Origin: an uncultured Nitrososphaerales archaeon | GTDB lineage: Archaea > Thermoproteota > Nitrososphaeria > Nitrososphaerales > Gagatemarchaeaceae | DNA: 64,000 nucleotides | Assembly (NCBI GenBank): GCA_963706445.1 | Contig: OY970160.1 | Span: forward strand, 992,001-1,056,000 | Direction: 5' to 3' | Part shown: positions 27,121-37,041 of the stretch, piece after piece | Numbering within the stretch: position 1 is the stretch's first letter | How the letters are laid out: each line of letters opens with the position of its first letter | The notes under the pieces: model-generated | Databases searched by the model: none | The model's input: the letters and a program-made list of their open reading frames with translations, nothing else | Told to the model about the DNA's origin: nothing | Translations under genes and position numbers: made by a program

Positions 27121-28472
27121 AAGGGAAGGCTCTGCCCGTAACGATAGAGGTGTGCTATCACCCCGAAGGTGACCAGGATCGAGCCGACGTCGAACAGGGT
27201 CATGGCGTTCAGGCTCGACTCGGCCGCGGTCCAAGCGAAGAAATTCAGAGCGAGCTGGGCCCCTATCAGCATGAGGAATATGATGAACACCCACTTCTTC
27301 GTGAGGAGCGGGGACATAGGCGCCACAGCCCTCCTGACTCGCTCCTTCGCCTTGAGGTACCTGAGGAAGGCGTAGGTGAAGACGAACGAGAGCACCGTCA
27401 CCCCTAGCATCGAGGAGAAGTACATCACCGGGTCGACGAAGAGCCTTTGAAGGGTCGGAAGGCTCGTGTCGGGGTTGACGTAGAACCCCCAAGCCGTGGT
27501 GATTAGGATTTGGGCGATGGTAGTGATCCCCAAGGCGGTGAAGAAAGGTCTGTCCTTCCAGTTGAGCTTCTTGGACGTGTCGACGAATGGGATGACCAAT
27601 GCCATGATGAAGAGCAGGGCAGGCATGACCCCGCCCATGACGAACTTGTCGAACTCGGTTCTTAGCAGGGCGTAGATTCCCGTTAGGTACCACTCAGGTA
27701 TGGTGAGCTGCGGGTTGCTCGGGTTGTAGGCGACACCATAGGACACGGGGAAGATGGCGGCGACGAGGAAGAGCCCCCCGACGACGGTCGCGATGACCGG
27801 GAGGTCGAAAACGAGATACCTAGGGAAGTGTATGAAAACCAGTATCAGCATGAACATGGGCAAGACAAAGGTGTGGTAGGCGTAGAGTCGTAGCACGAAG
27901 TCGGAGAATCCGGCTCCAAAGACAGAGAGACGAAGAGCCCCCCCTATGAGCGGGGAGGCGTTTGCAAGGGACGAGCCGATCTCGATGGCGAGCCCCGCCC
28001 TCTGGTTGAAGAGGAGGTCGTACCCGCTGAAAGCTTCCAGCCCTGTGATGATGCCGAAGATTATGCCCGTCACCCAGAGGATTTCGTTCTTGATCTTGAA
28101 CCTCCCGCTGAAGTACTGATAGTACATGTGTAGTATCGCTAGGAGGACCATCGCATTGGACGCGGTGTAGTGGATGTTCCTGAGAAGCCAGCCGAAGGGG
28201 ACGGAGTTGTTGATCCTTTCGATGCTGGCGAAGGCGCAGGTCAAGCTCCCGCACCCCGAGAGGGTAGGCTGATAGTAGATCATCAGGAGTCCTCCTGTGA
28301 TGCCGAGGACCAGGAAGGTGATCCCCGTCAGGACGCCGAGGTACCCGAGGGGGCTGACGAAGCGCTTGGGGTAAGTGTACTGCACCCCCATGTAGATGGT
28401 CCTATCAAGCCCGTCCTTGACCCACTTGTAGAGCCGCGATACGACGTTGCCCTTCTCTTGCGGTTGGATCAA
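27117..28472 (-). CDS. petB: Cytochrome b subunit of complex III
   Basis: Four haem His (RNIH...LH; YH...IH), PEWY Qo motif, extra C-terminal helices. Confidence 0.93.
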   Translation of the reverse strand: MIQPQEKGNVVSRLYKWVKDGLDRTIYMGVQYTYPKRFVSPLGYLGVLTGITFLVLGITGGLLMIYYQPTLSGCGSLTCAFASIERINNSVPFGWLLRNIHYTASNAMVLLAILHMYYQYFSGRFKIKNEILWVTGIIFGIITGLEAFSGYDLLFNQRAGLAIEIGSSLANASPLIGGALRLSVFGAGFSDFVLRLYAYHTFVLPMFMLILVFIHFPRYLVFDLPVIATVVGGLFLVAAIFPVSYGVAYNPSNPQLTIPEWYLTGIYALLRTEFDKFVMGGVMPALLFIMALVIPFVDTSKKLNWKDRPFFTALGITTIAQILITTAWGFYVNPDTSLPTLQRLFVDPVMYFSSMLGVTVLSFVFTYAFLRYLKAKERVRRAVAPMSPLLTKKWVFIIFLMLIGAQLALNFFAWTAAESSLNAMTLFDVGSILVTFGVIAHLYRYGQSLPF

Positions 28473-29455
28473 CCTACTATCTCCTCTGTCTCTCCGATGG
28501 GGACCGCAGGGGTCTCGCCGATGGGCTTGATGAAGTTCTGATAGCTAGCGTAGTCTCTCCCGTACCCTATGGTCCCGTTGGCCTCGATGGCGTCGACTCC
28601 GTCGTCGGAGAATGTCTGACGCGGATCCCGGTTGGGATAGACGACCCAGAGCTGGCCCGCGGAGTCAGCTTGCAGGGTCAGCATCGGGATAGCGTTCGTG
28701 GGAAAAGCCTGAAGTGAAGCCGGTCCCTCGACTGCTTTGCCGTCGGGAATCTCGTAGATGCTTCCGTGGCAGGGGCACTCGTAGTCCTGGTGGCCGGCCT
28801 GAGGCTTGAAGCTGGGGCTACACCAAAGGTGAACGCAGACCTTGCTGAAGGCTACGAAATCGGTTGCCTTCTTACTCGTGCCACCGAGAGAAGCAGGGAG
28901 CCGGATGAGCTCCCACTTCACGAACGTATCCGGATTGGCGGCGTCGATGCTCTCGTCCCCTGACGAAGGGAAGGTGAAGAGCCAGTGGCCATTCCCTGGT
29001 GCGGTTGCTTTCGCAGGGTCGGGGTCGGGAGCGGGGAAGTTTGTAAGGTCGTTGACATTCACCGCAAGGCCCGCGGCGGGGCCGTTGACGGTGGGGTTGT
29101 CATCGACGACCAATTTGTTGAGCAGGTAGGTCTTCCCGGTGCCTTGTTCCACCGAGGATGTCAGGAAGCTTTCCCACGGCACGAATGGGATGATCGAAAG
29201 GACTGCGGCGATGGCGACGAGGGCCCTGAGGAATGTCCTTCTCGAAGAGCTCTTTGGCTGCTGGGCGGGCGCGGCTTGAGGCGGAGCAGGCGCTGCTGGT
29301 CTCGGAGGCACAACCGCGGGCCTAGGGGGGGCTGGAGCGGCGGCCACAGGTGTAGGCGGCGTCGCGGGGGCCGTGGGGGGGACGGCGGGCTTCTTCTCCG
29401 CTTCAGTCGAATTTTCCTGGGAGGTCTTAGTGTCTTTGGAATCCTCCGCCATCAA
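28469..29455 (-). CDS. Rieske [2Fe-2S] protein of complex III with Tat signal
   Basis: SRRTFLR Tat motif, CVHLWC and CPCHGS.Y boxes; Pro/Ala-rich N-terminal extension. Confidence 0.93.
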   Translation of the reverse strand: MMAEDSKDTKTSQENSTEAEKKPAVPPTAPATPPTPVAAAPAPPRPAVVPPRPAAPAPPQAAPAQQPKSSSRRTFLRALVAIAAVLSIIPFVPWESFLTSSVEQGTGKTYLLNKLVVDDNPTVNGPAAGLAVNVNDLTNFPAPDPDPAKATAPGNGHWLFTFPSSGDESIDAANPDTFVKWELIRLPASLGGTSKKATDFVAFSKVCVHLWCSPSFKPQAGHQDYECPCHGSIYEIPDGKAVEGPASLQAFPTNAIPMLTLQADSAGQLWVVYPNRDPRQTFSDDGVDAIEANGTIGYGRDYASYQNFIKPIGETPAVPIGETEEIVG

Positions 29456-29572
29456 TTACCCGCTTTCGAGGGTGACGGAAGCAGTTTTTTAGGGTTCGGT
29501 TTCATCTTATGAAAAAGAGTTCGGCCCGAAAACGCTTAAAGGCGGTAGGAGGCGGGCGGGATTAGGACGTCC

Positions 29573-30130
29573 TTGAGCAGCCAGACTCAGACCTCTTCGA
29601 CCCTAGTCGGGGTCGTCGTTGCGATTCTTATCGTTGGCGCCGTGGCCACACTCGGCTACTACCAGTTTGAGGTCGCCCCCGGCCTGAATGCGACTACCAC
29701 GACCACGACGTCGTCAGTTCCAACTGTCAACTGTGAGTCTACGCCGTCGCAGTGTGTCAACTTGACGATAATCTCTGGAGCCGCAAGCCCCTACAGCGGC
29801 TACACTTCAGGGAGCACGACGCTTTACGGGTACGACCCTACAACCATCACGGTTGTCATAGGAGTGAACAATACCGTTGTCTGGACAAACATGGACTCGG
29901 CGTTCCACTCCGCGACGGCGGCGAGCACCGACCCGGTGTCCTTCGACAGCGGCTGTCTCGACGGCATCGGAGCTGCCTGCCCCACGGGGGGAGGGTCTAG
30001 CACGTTCCAGTTCACCTTCACCACTCCCGGGACTTACACCTACCACTGCATCTACCACCCGTGGATGCAGGGCAAAGTCATAGTGGTAGCAGGGTCTGCG
30101 TCGGGAACCTCCTCGACTTCGACCTCATAG
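29573..30130 (+). CDS. Membrane-anchored plastocyanin-like blue copper protein
   Basis: TM anchor, Thr linker, N.D..FHSAT and YHCIYHPWM (His/Cys/His/Met type-1 Cu site). Confidence 0.9.
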   Translation: MSSQTQTSSTLVGVVVAILIVGAVATLGYYQFEVAPGLNATTTTTTSSVPTVNCESTPSQCVNLTIISGAASPYSGYTSGSTTLYGYDPTTITVVIGVNNTVVWTNMDSAFHSATAASTDPVSFDSGCLDGIGAACPTGGGSSTFQFTFTTPGTYTYHCIYHPWMQGKVIVVAGSASGTSSTSTS

Positions 30131-30180
30131 TTCGGGCTGGTCCAGCACAACCTCAACATAGGCGCGCTTTTCACGCCTCT

Positions 30181-31629
30181 GTGATGAAGAAGACGTCCGA
30201 CAGGGGAGCACTCGAGGAGTTCTCCAGGGACGCAGGGATAATCACAATAAGACCGAAGGTCGCGTATTTCGCCGAAAGCGAGGAAGACGTCGCGCAGGCC
30301 CTGCGCGAAGCTTCGGATGAGGGCATCCCCGTGACCGCGAGGGGAGGAGGGACGTCGATTCCAAGCCAATCTGTCGGGCATGGAGCGATCCTCCTCCAGG
30401 CGAGGACACTGGTCGAATTGAGAGCAGACGGCACTGCTGTGTGCCAACCGGGGGTTGTCAAAGCGGAATTCAATCGCATGATCGGCGCCGGCGGGCGCTG
30501 GATGCCTGTGGACCCCTCGAGCTACGCGAGTTGCACGCTTGGAGGGATGTTGGCGAACAATTCTTCGGGGGTGAGGACGCTCAAGTATGGTTCGACGGTC
30601 GACTACGTGAAAGGGCTCAGGATCGTCACCCCGGGGAAGGGCCCAGTGGCTGTCGCACCGATGTCCGTGGAACAGGCGCTTTCAGCCGAGCCAAGGACAA
30701 GAAGGGTCGCATCGCTCATCGTAGAGAACCGGGATTCGATCGAAGAGGACCGTCCTCACACCACCAAAAACTCCTCCGGATACCGGATCGAAGGAATCTT
30801 GCACGACGGGGTCTTCGACTTGCCGAAGCTGTTCGTGGGATCTGAAGGAACGCTATGCGTGATCACCGAGGGGACGCTCTCGACAAGGATCCCGCCGAAG
30901 TGGAGGGTGCTCCTCATAGTCGAGTCTTCATTGGATGAGCTGGATGGGGTGGCGGGGTTGCTCCGGGAGCACGCCCCTTCTGCTTTGGAGCTGGTTGACA
31001 AGTCGGTGTTCAGGACGATGAACAGGTGGGACAGGATTGCGAAGTATTCGAGGTCCGAAAGGACATACATGGTCTTCTGCGAGTTCGATGGAGAAGTCGG
31101 AGAATCGAGCAAGAAGGTTGAGGAACTCGCTTCATCAAAGGCGGCCGGGCTTGAACCGTTGGTGCTTTCGAGCGCCTCAGAGATATCGGAAGCCTGGGAG
31201 GCAAGGAATGAGACGCTTAGCATTGCTCAGGATATGAAGAAGGGGACCAAAGTCCTCGTCCCGGGGGTGGAGGACCTCACTGTGCCACCCGAGAGACTCG
31301 GTGACGTGGTCAAGCTCCTCGTGAATCAGTTCGAAGGAAGAGGACTCGATTACATTTCGTACGGCCACGCAGGCGATGCAAACCTGCACGCCCGGCCACT
31401 CCTAGACCTGAACGAGTCTGGAGACAGATCCACGCATGAGGGGCTGATGGAGGACTGCTTCGAAGCAGTGTGGCGGATGAAGGGCTCAATCACCGGGGAG
31501 CATGGAGACGGGATGCTGAGGGCGAAGTACGTCGAAAGGCAGTACCCCAACAGCTACTGGATCATGCGGGAGGTCAAGAGCCTCTATGACCCGAAGGGGC
31601 TGCTGAACCCTGGGGTCAAGATCTCTTAG
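30181..31629 (+). CDS. FAD-linked oxidoreductase (GlcD/D-lactate dehydrogenase family)
   Basis: ARGGGTS, CTLGGMLANNSSG, GSEGTL, GHAGDANLH, GEHGDG, DPKGLLNPG. Start moved to GTG 30181. Confidence 0.9.
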   Translation: MMKKTSDRGALEEFSRDAGIITIRPKVAYFAESEEDVAQALREASDEGIPVTARGGGTSIPSQSVGHGAILLQARTLVELRADGTAVCQPGVVKAEFNRMIGAGGRWMPVDPSSYASCTLGGMLANNSSGVRTLKYGSTVDYVKGLRIVTPGKGPVAVAPMSVEQALSAEPRTRRVASLIVENRDSIEEDRPHTTKNSSGYRIEGILHDGVFDLPKLFVGSEGTLCVITEGTLSTRIPPKWRVLLIVESSLDELDGVAGLLREHAPSALELVDKSVFRTMNRWDRIAKYSRSERTYMVFCEFDGEVGESSKKVEELASSKAAGLEPLVLSSASEISEAWEARNETLSIAQDMKKGTKVLVPGVEDLTVPPERLGDVVKLLVNQFEGRGLDYISYGHAGDANLHARPLLDLNESGDRSTHEGLMEDCFEAVWRMKGSITGEHGDGMLRAKYVERQYPNSYWIMREVKSLYDPKGLLNPGVKIS

Positions 31630-32188
31630 CAAGGGTCGCCCGTGCGAGGAGCTTGGCGACGCGGACAGGCTCGGGTATGGACCCCTGGAGGGTGAACATG
31701 TCGATGATGGATTTGGCGGAGTCGTCGTCCATCCCCGCAGTCCTTACGAAGACTCTGTGCCCCGTGCGAAGCCTTAGCCCCAATCTTCTCCCGAGCTTTT
31801 GATAGGCGGCGAGTTTCTTGTCGGCCCCATCGGGGAAGTGGCGCCGTATCGAGTCCTCGATCCCAGAGGTCTCTTTGTAGGTCAAGCAAAGCACGGGGAG
31901 ACCAGTCCGTTTCGAAAGGAGGTCCGCGTCGACGATATTGTAGAGGCTCAGAATCGCCCCTGACACCATGATCAAGTTCACGTCGTTTCTCTTGAATCTC
32001 CTGAAGAGGGAGGCGATCGAGTAGGTTGCGTCGTCCCCGCCGACGGCAGTCCTCCCGAAGGCGATGCCGTCAACAATGAAGTCGCTCCTCATTACGACCC
32101 CAGCAAGGACAGACCTCTTCTCCCCCTGCCTGAAGCTCTCCGCGACCCCGAGGGCCCTGATGCCGGGCTTGTTCAGGTGGAGTCTCAT
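31616..32188 (-). CDS. DUF99 family (endonuclease V-like) protein
   Basis: LAGVVMR.D..VDG, VGGDDAT, YNIVD, IPEPVRVAKL.A. Confidence 0.85.
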   Translation of the reverse strand: MRLHLNKPGIRALGVAESFRQGEKRSVLAGVVMRSDFIVDGIAFGRTAVGGDDATYSIASLFRRFKRNDVNLIMVSGAILSLYNIVDADLLSKRTGLPVLCLTYKETSGIEDSIRRHFPDGADKKLAAYQKLGRRLGLRLRTGHRVFVRTAGMDDDSAKSIIDMFTLQGSIPEPVRVAKLLARATLAKRS

Positions 32189-32251
32189 GGCTTTGGTCCC
32201 CGGCGAGATTTCTTACAAACTTTTAACCTGTCCAGGTAGCAGTTTTCCCGG

Positions 32252-32650
32252 TTGGCCAAGATCTACAGCCTAAAGGCAGGTCAGAAGATTCCTGAATCGA
32301 TAATCGCGATAGCGACGAAAGAAAAGATCAAGACGGCGCGGGTAGAGGCGATCGGCGGGGTCAGGGAGCTCCGGCTGGCCTACTTCGACCATGAGCGGAA
32401 GAAGTACGAAGAGCACGGCTTCAAAGAGTTCCTCGAAGTGACAGGCATACTAGGGAACATTACCCTAAAGGACGGGAGGCCCTTCTTGCACGCCCACGGA
32501 AACTTCGGGCGGAGAAATCTCAGTGTCATTGCCGGGCACATAATGTCAGCGACCATTTTCCCCCTTCTGGAGGTCGTGATCACGCCAACAAAGAACAGCG
32601 CCGTTCGACGATTCGACGAAACCCTCGGCCTGCACGTAATCCAGTCCTGA
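32252..32650 (+). CDS. PPC-domain (DUF296) protein
   Basis: AIGG, EV..ILGNI, FLHAH, AGH, LEV motifs. Confidence 0.88.
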   Translation: MAKIYSLKAGQKIPESIIAIATKEKIKTARVEAIGGVRELRLAYFDHERKKYEEHGFKEFLEVTGILGNITLKDGRPFLHAHGNFGRRNLSVIAGHIMSATIFPLLEVVITPTKNSAVRRFDETLGLHVIQS

Positions 32651-32817
32651 CGGGTAATTGCGCCACAAGATGTTCGGTCCCGTCCAGAGCGATACGGAAA
32701 CTGAAAATGAAGCTCAGTCTAATGCCTTCCGGTCATCTTGACCTAACCGTAACTCTGTTACATCACTGCTTCGAAGTCGAAGCGTTCGCGTCGCGATATA
32801 AGTCGTTGTAGGACAAC

Positions 32818-33753
32818 TCACATACCGGAGAGGGGCAGATCTAGGACAGTAATCAGGCCCGCCTTCGCCCTCCCGACCCGCTCAGCCGCATGGACGGTCA
32901 GCGCCACGGTCGCCGAGTCCCCGAAGACCCCCTTCTCGAACCTGAGCTTGAGCTCCGGGTCTCCCTTCACCTCGACGACGTCAAAGTCAGCCGAAGTCAT
33001 CGTCATCTCGAGGTCGAGCCTTATGGCGCAGTCTCCCGCCTTCCCCTCCGCGAACTGGCGTACCCCCATCACATAGTCCTCGGAGCCTACCACCGGGAAT
33101 ACCCCGTGCTTTAGGTCATCCAATGGCTTGCCGAGCGAAAGCGCAATCAGGTGGGCTGACTCCACAAGTCCCACGTGCCCGATCTTCCCCTCCGTCATCT
33201 CCTTCTCGAACTTGGCCCTTGTGTGCCCGACCCCGGTCTTCGCTTGGAGCTGGCGCCGTCGCCTGCTGACGTCGACGGAACGGACGACGTGGATGCTGGT
33301 GGGGTTCTTCGAAGCCGACATGACAAGTGCGGGGATCCAGTCCATGACGAACCCTGGGTTGACCCCCACCCCGACTATCGTCACTTCGTGCTCCTTGGCA
33401 AGCTGGTCGAGCTTTGGCACGACGTTGGCCCCTGCGTAGGAGGGGAAGGCCATCTCTTCCGAAGTGGTGACCACGTCCAGGCCGTTCGACGCCGCGTAGG
33501 AGATGTCATCGACCAGGTTAGGGATCCGGGACAGGGTTGAGAAGATCGCGACCTCTGCTGTATCAAGCTGAACGTCCTTCAGGCTGGCTGACACCCTTAT
33601 CGCGAGTGGGAACCCGGTCAGCTCGGCTACTGACCTGCCGACCTTCTGCGGGTCGACGTCGACGACTCCTACCACTTCATGTCCTCGTTTGATCAGGTAG
33701 GCAAGAATCTCCGTCCCGATGGCCCCCATACCGCAGAGAACTACCTTGGCCAA
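32818..33753 (-). CDS. NAD(P)-dependent DapB-like / 2,4-diaminopentanoate dehydrogenase-like oxidoreductase
   Basis: GMGAIG Rossmann motif, VVTTSEE, GVGVNPGFVMD, GHVGL.ES, GD.AT. Confidence 0.75.
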   Translation of the reverse strand: MAKVVLCGMGAIGTEILAYLIKRGHEVVGVVDVDPQKVGRSVAELTGFPLAIRVSASLKDVQLDTAEVAIFSTLSRIPNLVDDISYAASNGLDVVTTSEEMAFPSYAGANVVPKLDQLAKEHEVTIVGVGVNPGFVMDWIPALVMSASKNPTSIHVVRSVDVSRRRRQLQAKTGVGHTRAKFEKEMTEGKIGHVGLVESAHLIALSLGKPLDDLKHGVFPVVGSEDYVMGVRQFAEGKAGDCAIRLDLEMTMTSADFDVVEVKGDPELKLRFEKGVFGDSATVALTVHAAERVGRAKAGLITVLDLPLSGM

Positions 33754-33793
33754 TGTCTCGTGACCCCAAACGTGGGTCTAATAATCGATTGGC

Positions 33794-34624
33794 CTAATAC
33801 TCTTCGAACCTTCCGGTCCGCCTTGAGAGTGTCTCGAAGCCTGAGAAAAGGGCGTATCCTACGATCATTACGAGAACACCGTCCAATGCCTCCCAGCCGA
33901 GGGTGGGCAAGAGCGCAGTGAGAGAACTCCCTGCTATGGCCATCCTTAGGGCCGTGGTCCCATAGGTGAGCGGGATAGTCCATGAGAACGGCTGGAGCCA
34001 CCCGGGTAGGCTCGAAACTGGGAAGTTCACCCCACTGAGGAAGAGGGTGACGAATAAGAAGACGTTCGCTACGATTAACGCGGTCCTCATGTAGAGGCCG
34101 ACTGCGCTGATGAGGAGCCCGAAGCTGATCATCGCAGCGCTCGTAAGGAAGATGACGACCGCTATTCCCACGAAGTTTGCTGACGCGAAGCTGACCCCGA
34201 AGAGGGCCCCTGCATACACAAGCCCGGCCGTCGCTATCAGGGCGGAAAGAAGGACCTGGAACCACGCCCTTCCGATGAACAGTGCGACCCTGTTGGCCGG
34301 GGTGACCATCGTACTCGGGAGGGTCCCCTGCCACTTGTCCTGGGACGTTATGTTGGCGACGGCGAAGACCGCAGAGAAGGACATCGACTGGAGGGCGTTG
34401 CCTATCACTATGTACTGCGTGACTGAGACCGGATACTTCAGGTAGATGGAGAGGAATGCGAAGAAGCCGATCTGGGCAATTGGTGTGATGGCAATCTGCA
34501 TGACCCACATCTCCCAGGAGTCCCAGATGATCAACCCCTTGCGTCCGAAGAAGAATGCGCCCTTGAATACTCTGAGGGCGGTAAGGAAGCGCTCTGGGAA
34601 GCCGAGCCTTTCAGTATTCTTCAA
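33794..34624 (-). CDS. ABC-2 type exporter permease
   Basis: DKWQGTL...VTP, LSGVNFPVS.LP.W, PLTYG. Start moved to TTG 34624. Confidence 0.85.
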   Translation of the reverse strand: MKNTERLGFPERFLTALRVFKGAFFFGRKGLIIWDSWEMWVMQIAITPIAQIGFFAFLSIYLKYPVSVTQYIVIGNALQSMSFSAVFAVANITSQDKWQGTLPSTMVTPANRVALFIGRAWFQVLLSALIATAGLVYAGALFGVSFASANFVGIAVVIFLTSAAMISFGLLISAVGLYMRTALIVANVFLFVTLFLSGVNFPVSSLPGWLQPFSWTIPLTYGTTALRMAIAGSSLTALLPTLGWEALDGVLVMIVGYALFSGFETLSRRTGRFEEY

Positions 34625-35453
34625 GTGTCCCGTTCCTCTTGGCGTACGCCTCGACCTTCTTGTATAACAGGAACGCGATGCCCAGGTAGCCTGCGGTCTC
34701 AAGGGCCAGGACCCCGAGGTCCGTCCAGTAACCGGTCCCTATGCCGACGTACCCCTGAATTGCCGAGAGTCGTATGGCCTCAATCCCCCAGGTAGGCGCC
34801 AGGAAGTATGCGAACGGGAGCGCCAGCCAGGGGAGGATGCTTATCGGGAACATCGTCCCCGTCGCCACGTACACAGGTATCTCCATGGCATTGGTGATGA
34901 ACCCCCCCTTCCTGGACAAGACGACGACGGCGGATAGCACTAATCCAAAGGCGGCTAGCGAAATGAATGTGCAGACGGCGGCGAGGAAGAACAGGGGCGG
35001 GTTGACGAGCCCGAACCCCACCTGGAACCAAGTCAGTCCGATGACCAGTATCAGGACGGCGTTGAGCAGTCCCTGAAGCGTGTTGAATACGATCCTGCCG
35101 ATCACGATCCAAGAAAGCGGTATCGGGGCCGCCAGAGTGGATTCGAGGGTCCCGTTGAATCTGTCGAACGAGATCGAGAACCCCGACCCGTAGATTGTGG
35201 TCCCCCACATCCCCATGAGCCCTGCCCCGAGGACGAGGTAGAGCAGGAAGGAGCTCGAGGTCGCCTGCCCCCCGAAGAGGAAGAAGGCCACCAGCGTGAA
35301 TATGAACGGGGCGATGATGTTAGGGATGACCCACTGGGGGTCCGCAAAGAACAGCCTCGCCTGAAGCTTCATGACAGCTTTGAGGACCTGGGCCCTGCGG
35401 CTGACGTAGCCGTCGACCCTCTTCCCCGTGGCGAGCCCGCTAAATTTGCTCAA
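34611..35453 (-). CDS. ABC-2 type exporter permease
   Basis: DRFNGTLE..L.AP, G.MFPISILP, PTWGIEAIR. Confidence 0.85.
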   Translation of the reverse strand: MSKFSGLATGKRVDGYVSRRAQVLKAVMKLQARLFFADPQWVIPNIIAPFIFTLVAFFLFGGQATSSSFLLYLVLGAGLMGMWGTTIYGSGFSISFDRFNGTLESTLAAPIPLSWIVIGRIVFNTLQGLLNAVLILVIGLTWFQVGFGLVNPPLFFLAAVCTFISLAAFGLVLSAVVVLSRKGGFITNAMEIPVYVATGTMFPISILPWLALPFAYFLAPTWGIEAIRLSAIQGYVGIGTGYWTDLGVLALETAGYLGIAFLLYKKVEAYAKRNGTLEEY

Positions 35454-35454
35454 T

Positions 35455-36444
35455 TCACTCCTCCACCAGCCTCAGATACGCATCCTCGAGGGTCGGCTCC
35501 TTGATGGTCCGGTCTATTATTCTAGCGCCGTTCGGGAGCTTGGCCGCCATCTGCGGGAGGAGGTTCGCCCCCTGCGGGGTCTGCACCCTGATCAACTGCA
35601 TCTCCGAATCGAGGTCGGCGACGACGCGGACGACGTCGGGGAGGCGCTTGAGCTCCTCCACATACTCCTGGGTCGCCCCGTAGGTCCTAAGCTCGACCAC
35701 CGAGATGTCCTTGACGGACCCCTTCAGCGCCGAGGGAGTGTCGAGTGCGACTATCTTCCCCTTCGAGATGACCCCCACCCTTTCGCACAGCTCCTCGGCC
35801 TCGAACATATAGTGAGTCGTGAGCAGGATCGTCTTCCCCTGGCTCTTCATCTCCCTGATCATCCCGCGGATGTCCCTCGCGCCTCCCGGGTCCAGCCCTA
35901 TGGTCGGCTCGTCGAGGAAGAGAAGCTCAGGGTCGTGGACCAGGGCCTTCGCGATGTGGAGTCTCTGCTTCATCCCTCTGGAGTACTTCTCGACCTTCTC
36001 CTCGGCGCGGTCTTCCAGCCCGACCACCTTCAGCAACTGGGGTATCCTCTCCCTGGCCACAGCAGGGTCGACCCCGTAGAGGTCGGAGAAATACTTCAGG
36101 TTGTCGATGGCGGAGACCCTGTTGTAGAGCCCCCTTTCACCTCCGAAGACTATCCCGATGCGCCTCCTGATCTCGTAGAGCTCCTTCCTCACGTCCAGGC
36201 CGAGGATGAACGCGTCCCCCTGGGTCTGGGTAAGGAGCGTGGTCAGGATCTTGATAGTGGTCGTCTTGCCCGCCCCATTTGGGCCGATGAGCCCGAAGAG
36301 CTCCCCCCTCTTCACGGCGAAGTCGACCCCGTCCAGGGCCTTCGTGACCTTGCTTACGCTCCCGAAGAACGACCTCGTCGTGTACTCTCTCGTGAGCCCC
36401 CTGACCTCGACTGCGTAGGCGGGGTTGGGACCCTGCTTGCTCAA
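35455..36444 (-). CDS. ABC exporter ATP-binding protein
   Basis: GPNGAGKTT, YSRGMKQR, LDEPT, TTH, EPTLEDAY. Confidence 0.93.
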   Translation of the reverse strand: MSKQGPNPAYAVEVRGLTREYTTRSFFGSVSKVTKALDGVDFAVKRGELFGLIGPNGAGKTTTIKILTTLLTQTQGDAFILGLDVRKELYEIRRRIGIVFGGERGLYNRVSAIDNLKYFSDLYGVDPAVARERIPQLLKVVGLEDRAEEKVEKYSRGMKQRLHIAKALVHDPELLFLDEPTIGLDPGGARDIRGMIREMKSQGKTILLTTHYMFEAEELCERVGVISKGKIVALDTPSALKGSVKDISVVELRTYGATQEYVEELKRLPDVVRVVADLDSEMQLIRVQTPQGANLLPQMAAKLPNGARIIDRTIKEPTLEDAYLRLVEE

Positions 36445-36552
36445 CGTCTATAGAGTCACCTGGGATTATCGCTCTCCCCTCGAAGGATTATGGTATGAAA
36501 GATTTCCGGTGATGTGAGTGAGAAGGAGAGGGACGCCCGTGAAAGTGAACCG

Positions 36553-37041
36553 CTACGTGCCCTGGCCGAAGGGGCTGAGCTTCGAGGTGACGAGCTCCAT
36601 GACCTCATTGGGGTTGCGGACGTCCTCGAGCTTCTCGGCGCTCCCGCCATATAGGACTCGGACGCTCCCCCGGCCCTGCTTCAAGACGATGAACACGGTC
36701 CCGCAGTTGAACCGCTTGGCCAGCGTCCCCTGAGACACGGAGATGTCCACGATGTTGGAGTATCTGACGAGGTTCGGCTTCTGGAACAGCCGCTTGACGT
36801 GGATCCCGTCGTCGTCTATCTTGAAGGTTGTCTGGCGCTTGATTATGCAGAGAGCCGCAGCCGAGCCGAGGGTGATCGCGAGGAAGATGAGGTAGTTCCC
36901 ATAGGTCTTTGGATTGATCTCGAGGAACGGGGAAAGCGCAGCCACTGCCAGCGCCCCCTTTAGAAACGTCTTCAGGACGACGGGTCTGTACGGCCCGCCT
37001 TCGAGTTCCTCACTTGAAGAGCCAGCAGGAAACATCCTCAT
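36553..37041 (-). CDS. Membrane protein with bacterial PH (bPH_2-like) domain
   Basis: Two TM helices, then I.DISVSQG.L.KRFNCGTV.I. Confidence 0.65.
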   Translation of the reverse strand: MRMFPAGSSSEELEGGPYRPVVLKTFLKGALAVAALSPFLEINPKTYGNYLIFLAITLGSAAALCIIKRQTTFKIDDDGIHVKRLFQKPNLVRYSNIVDISVSQGTLAKRFNCGTVFIVLKQGRGSVRVLYGGSAEKLEDVRNPNEVMELVTSKLSPFGQGT

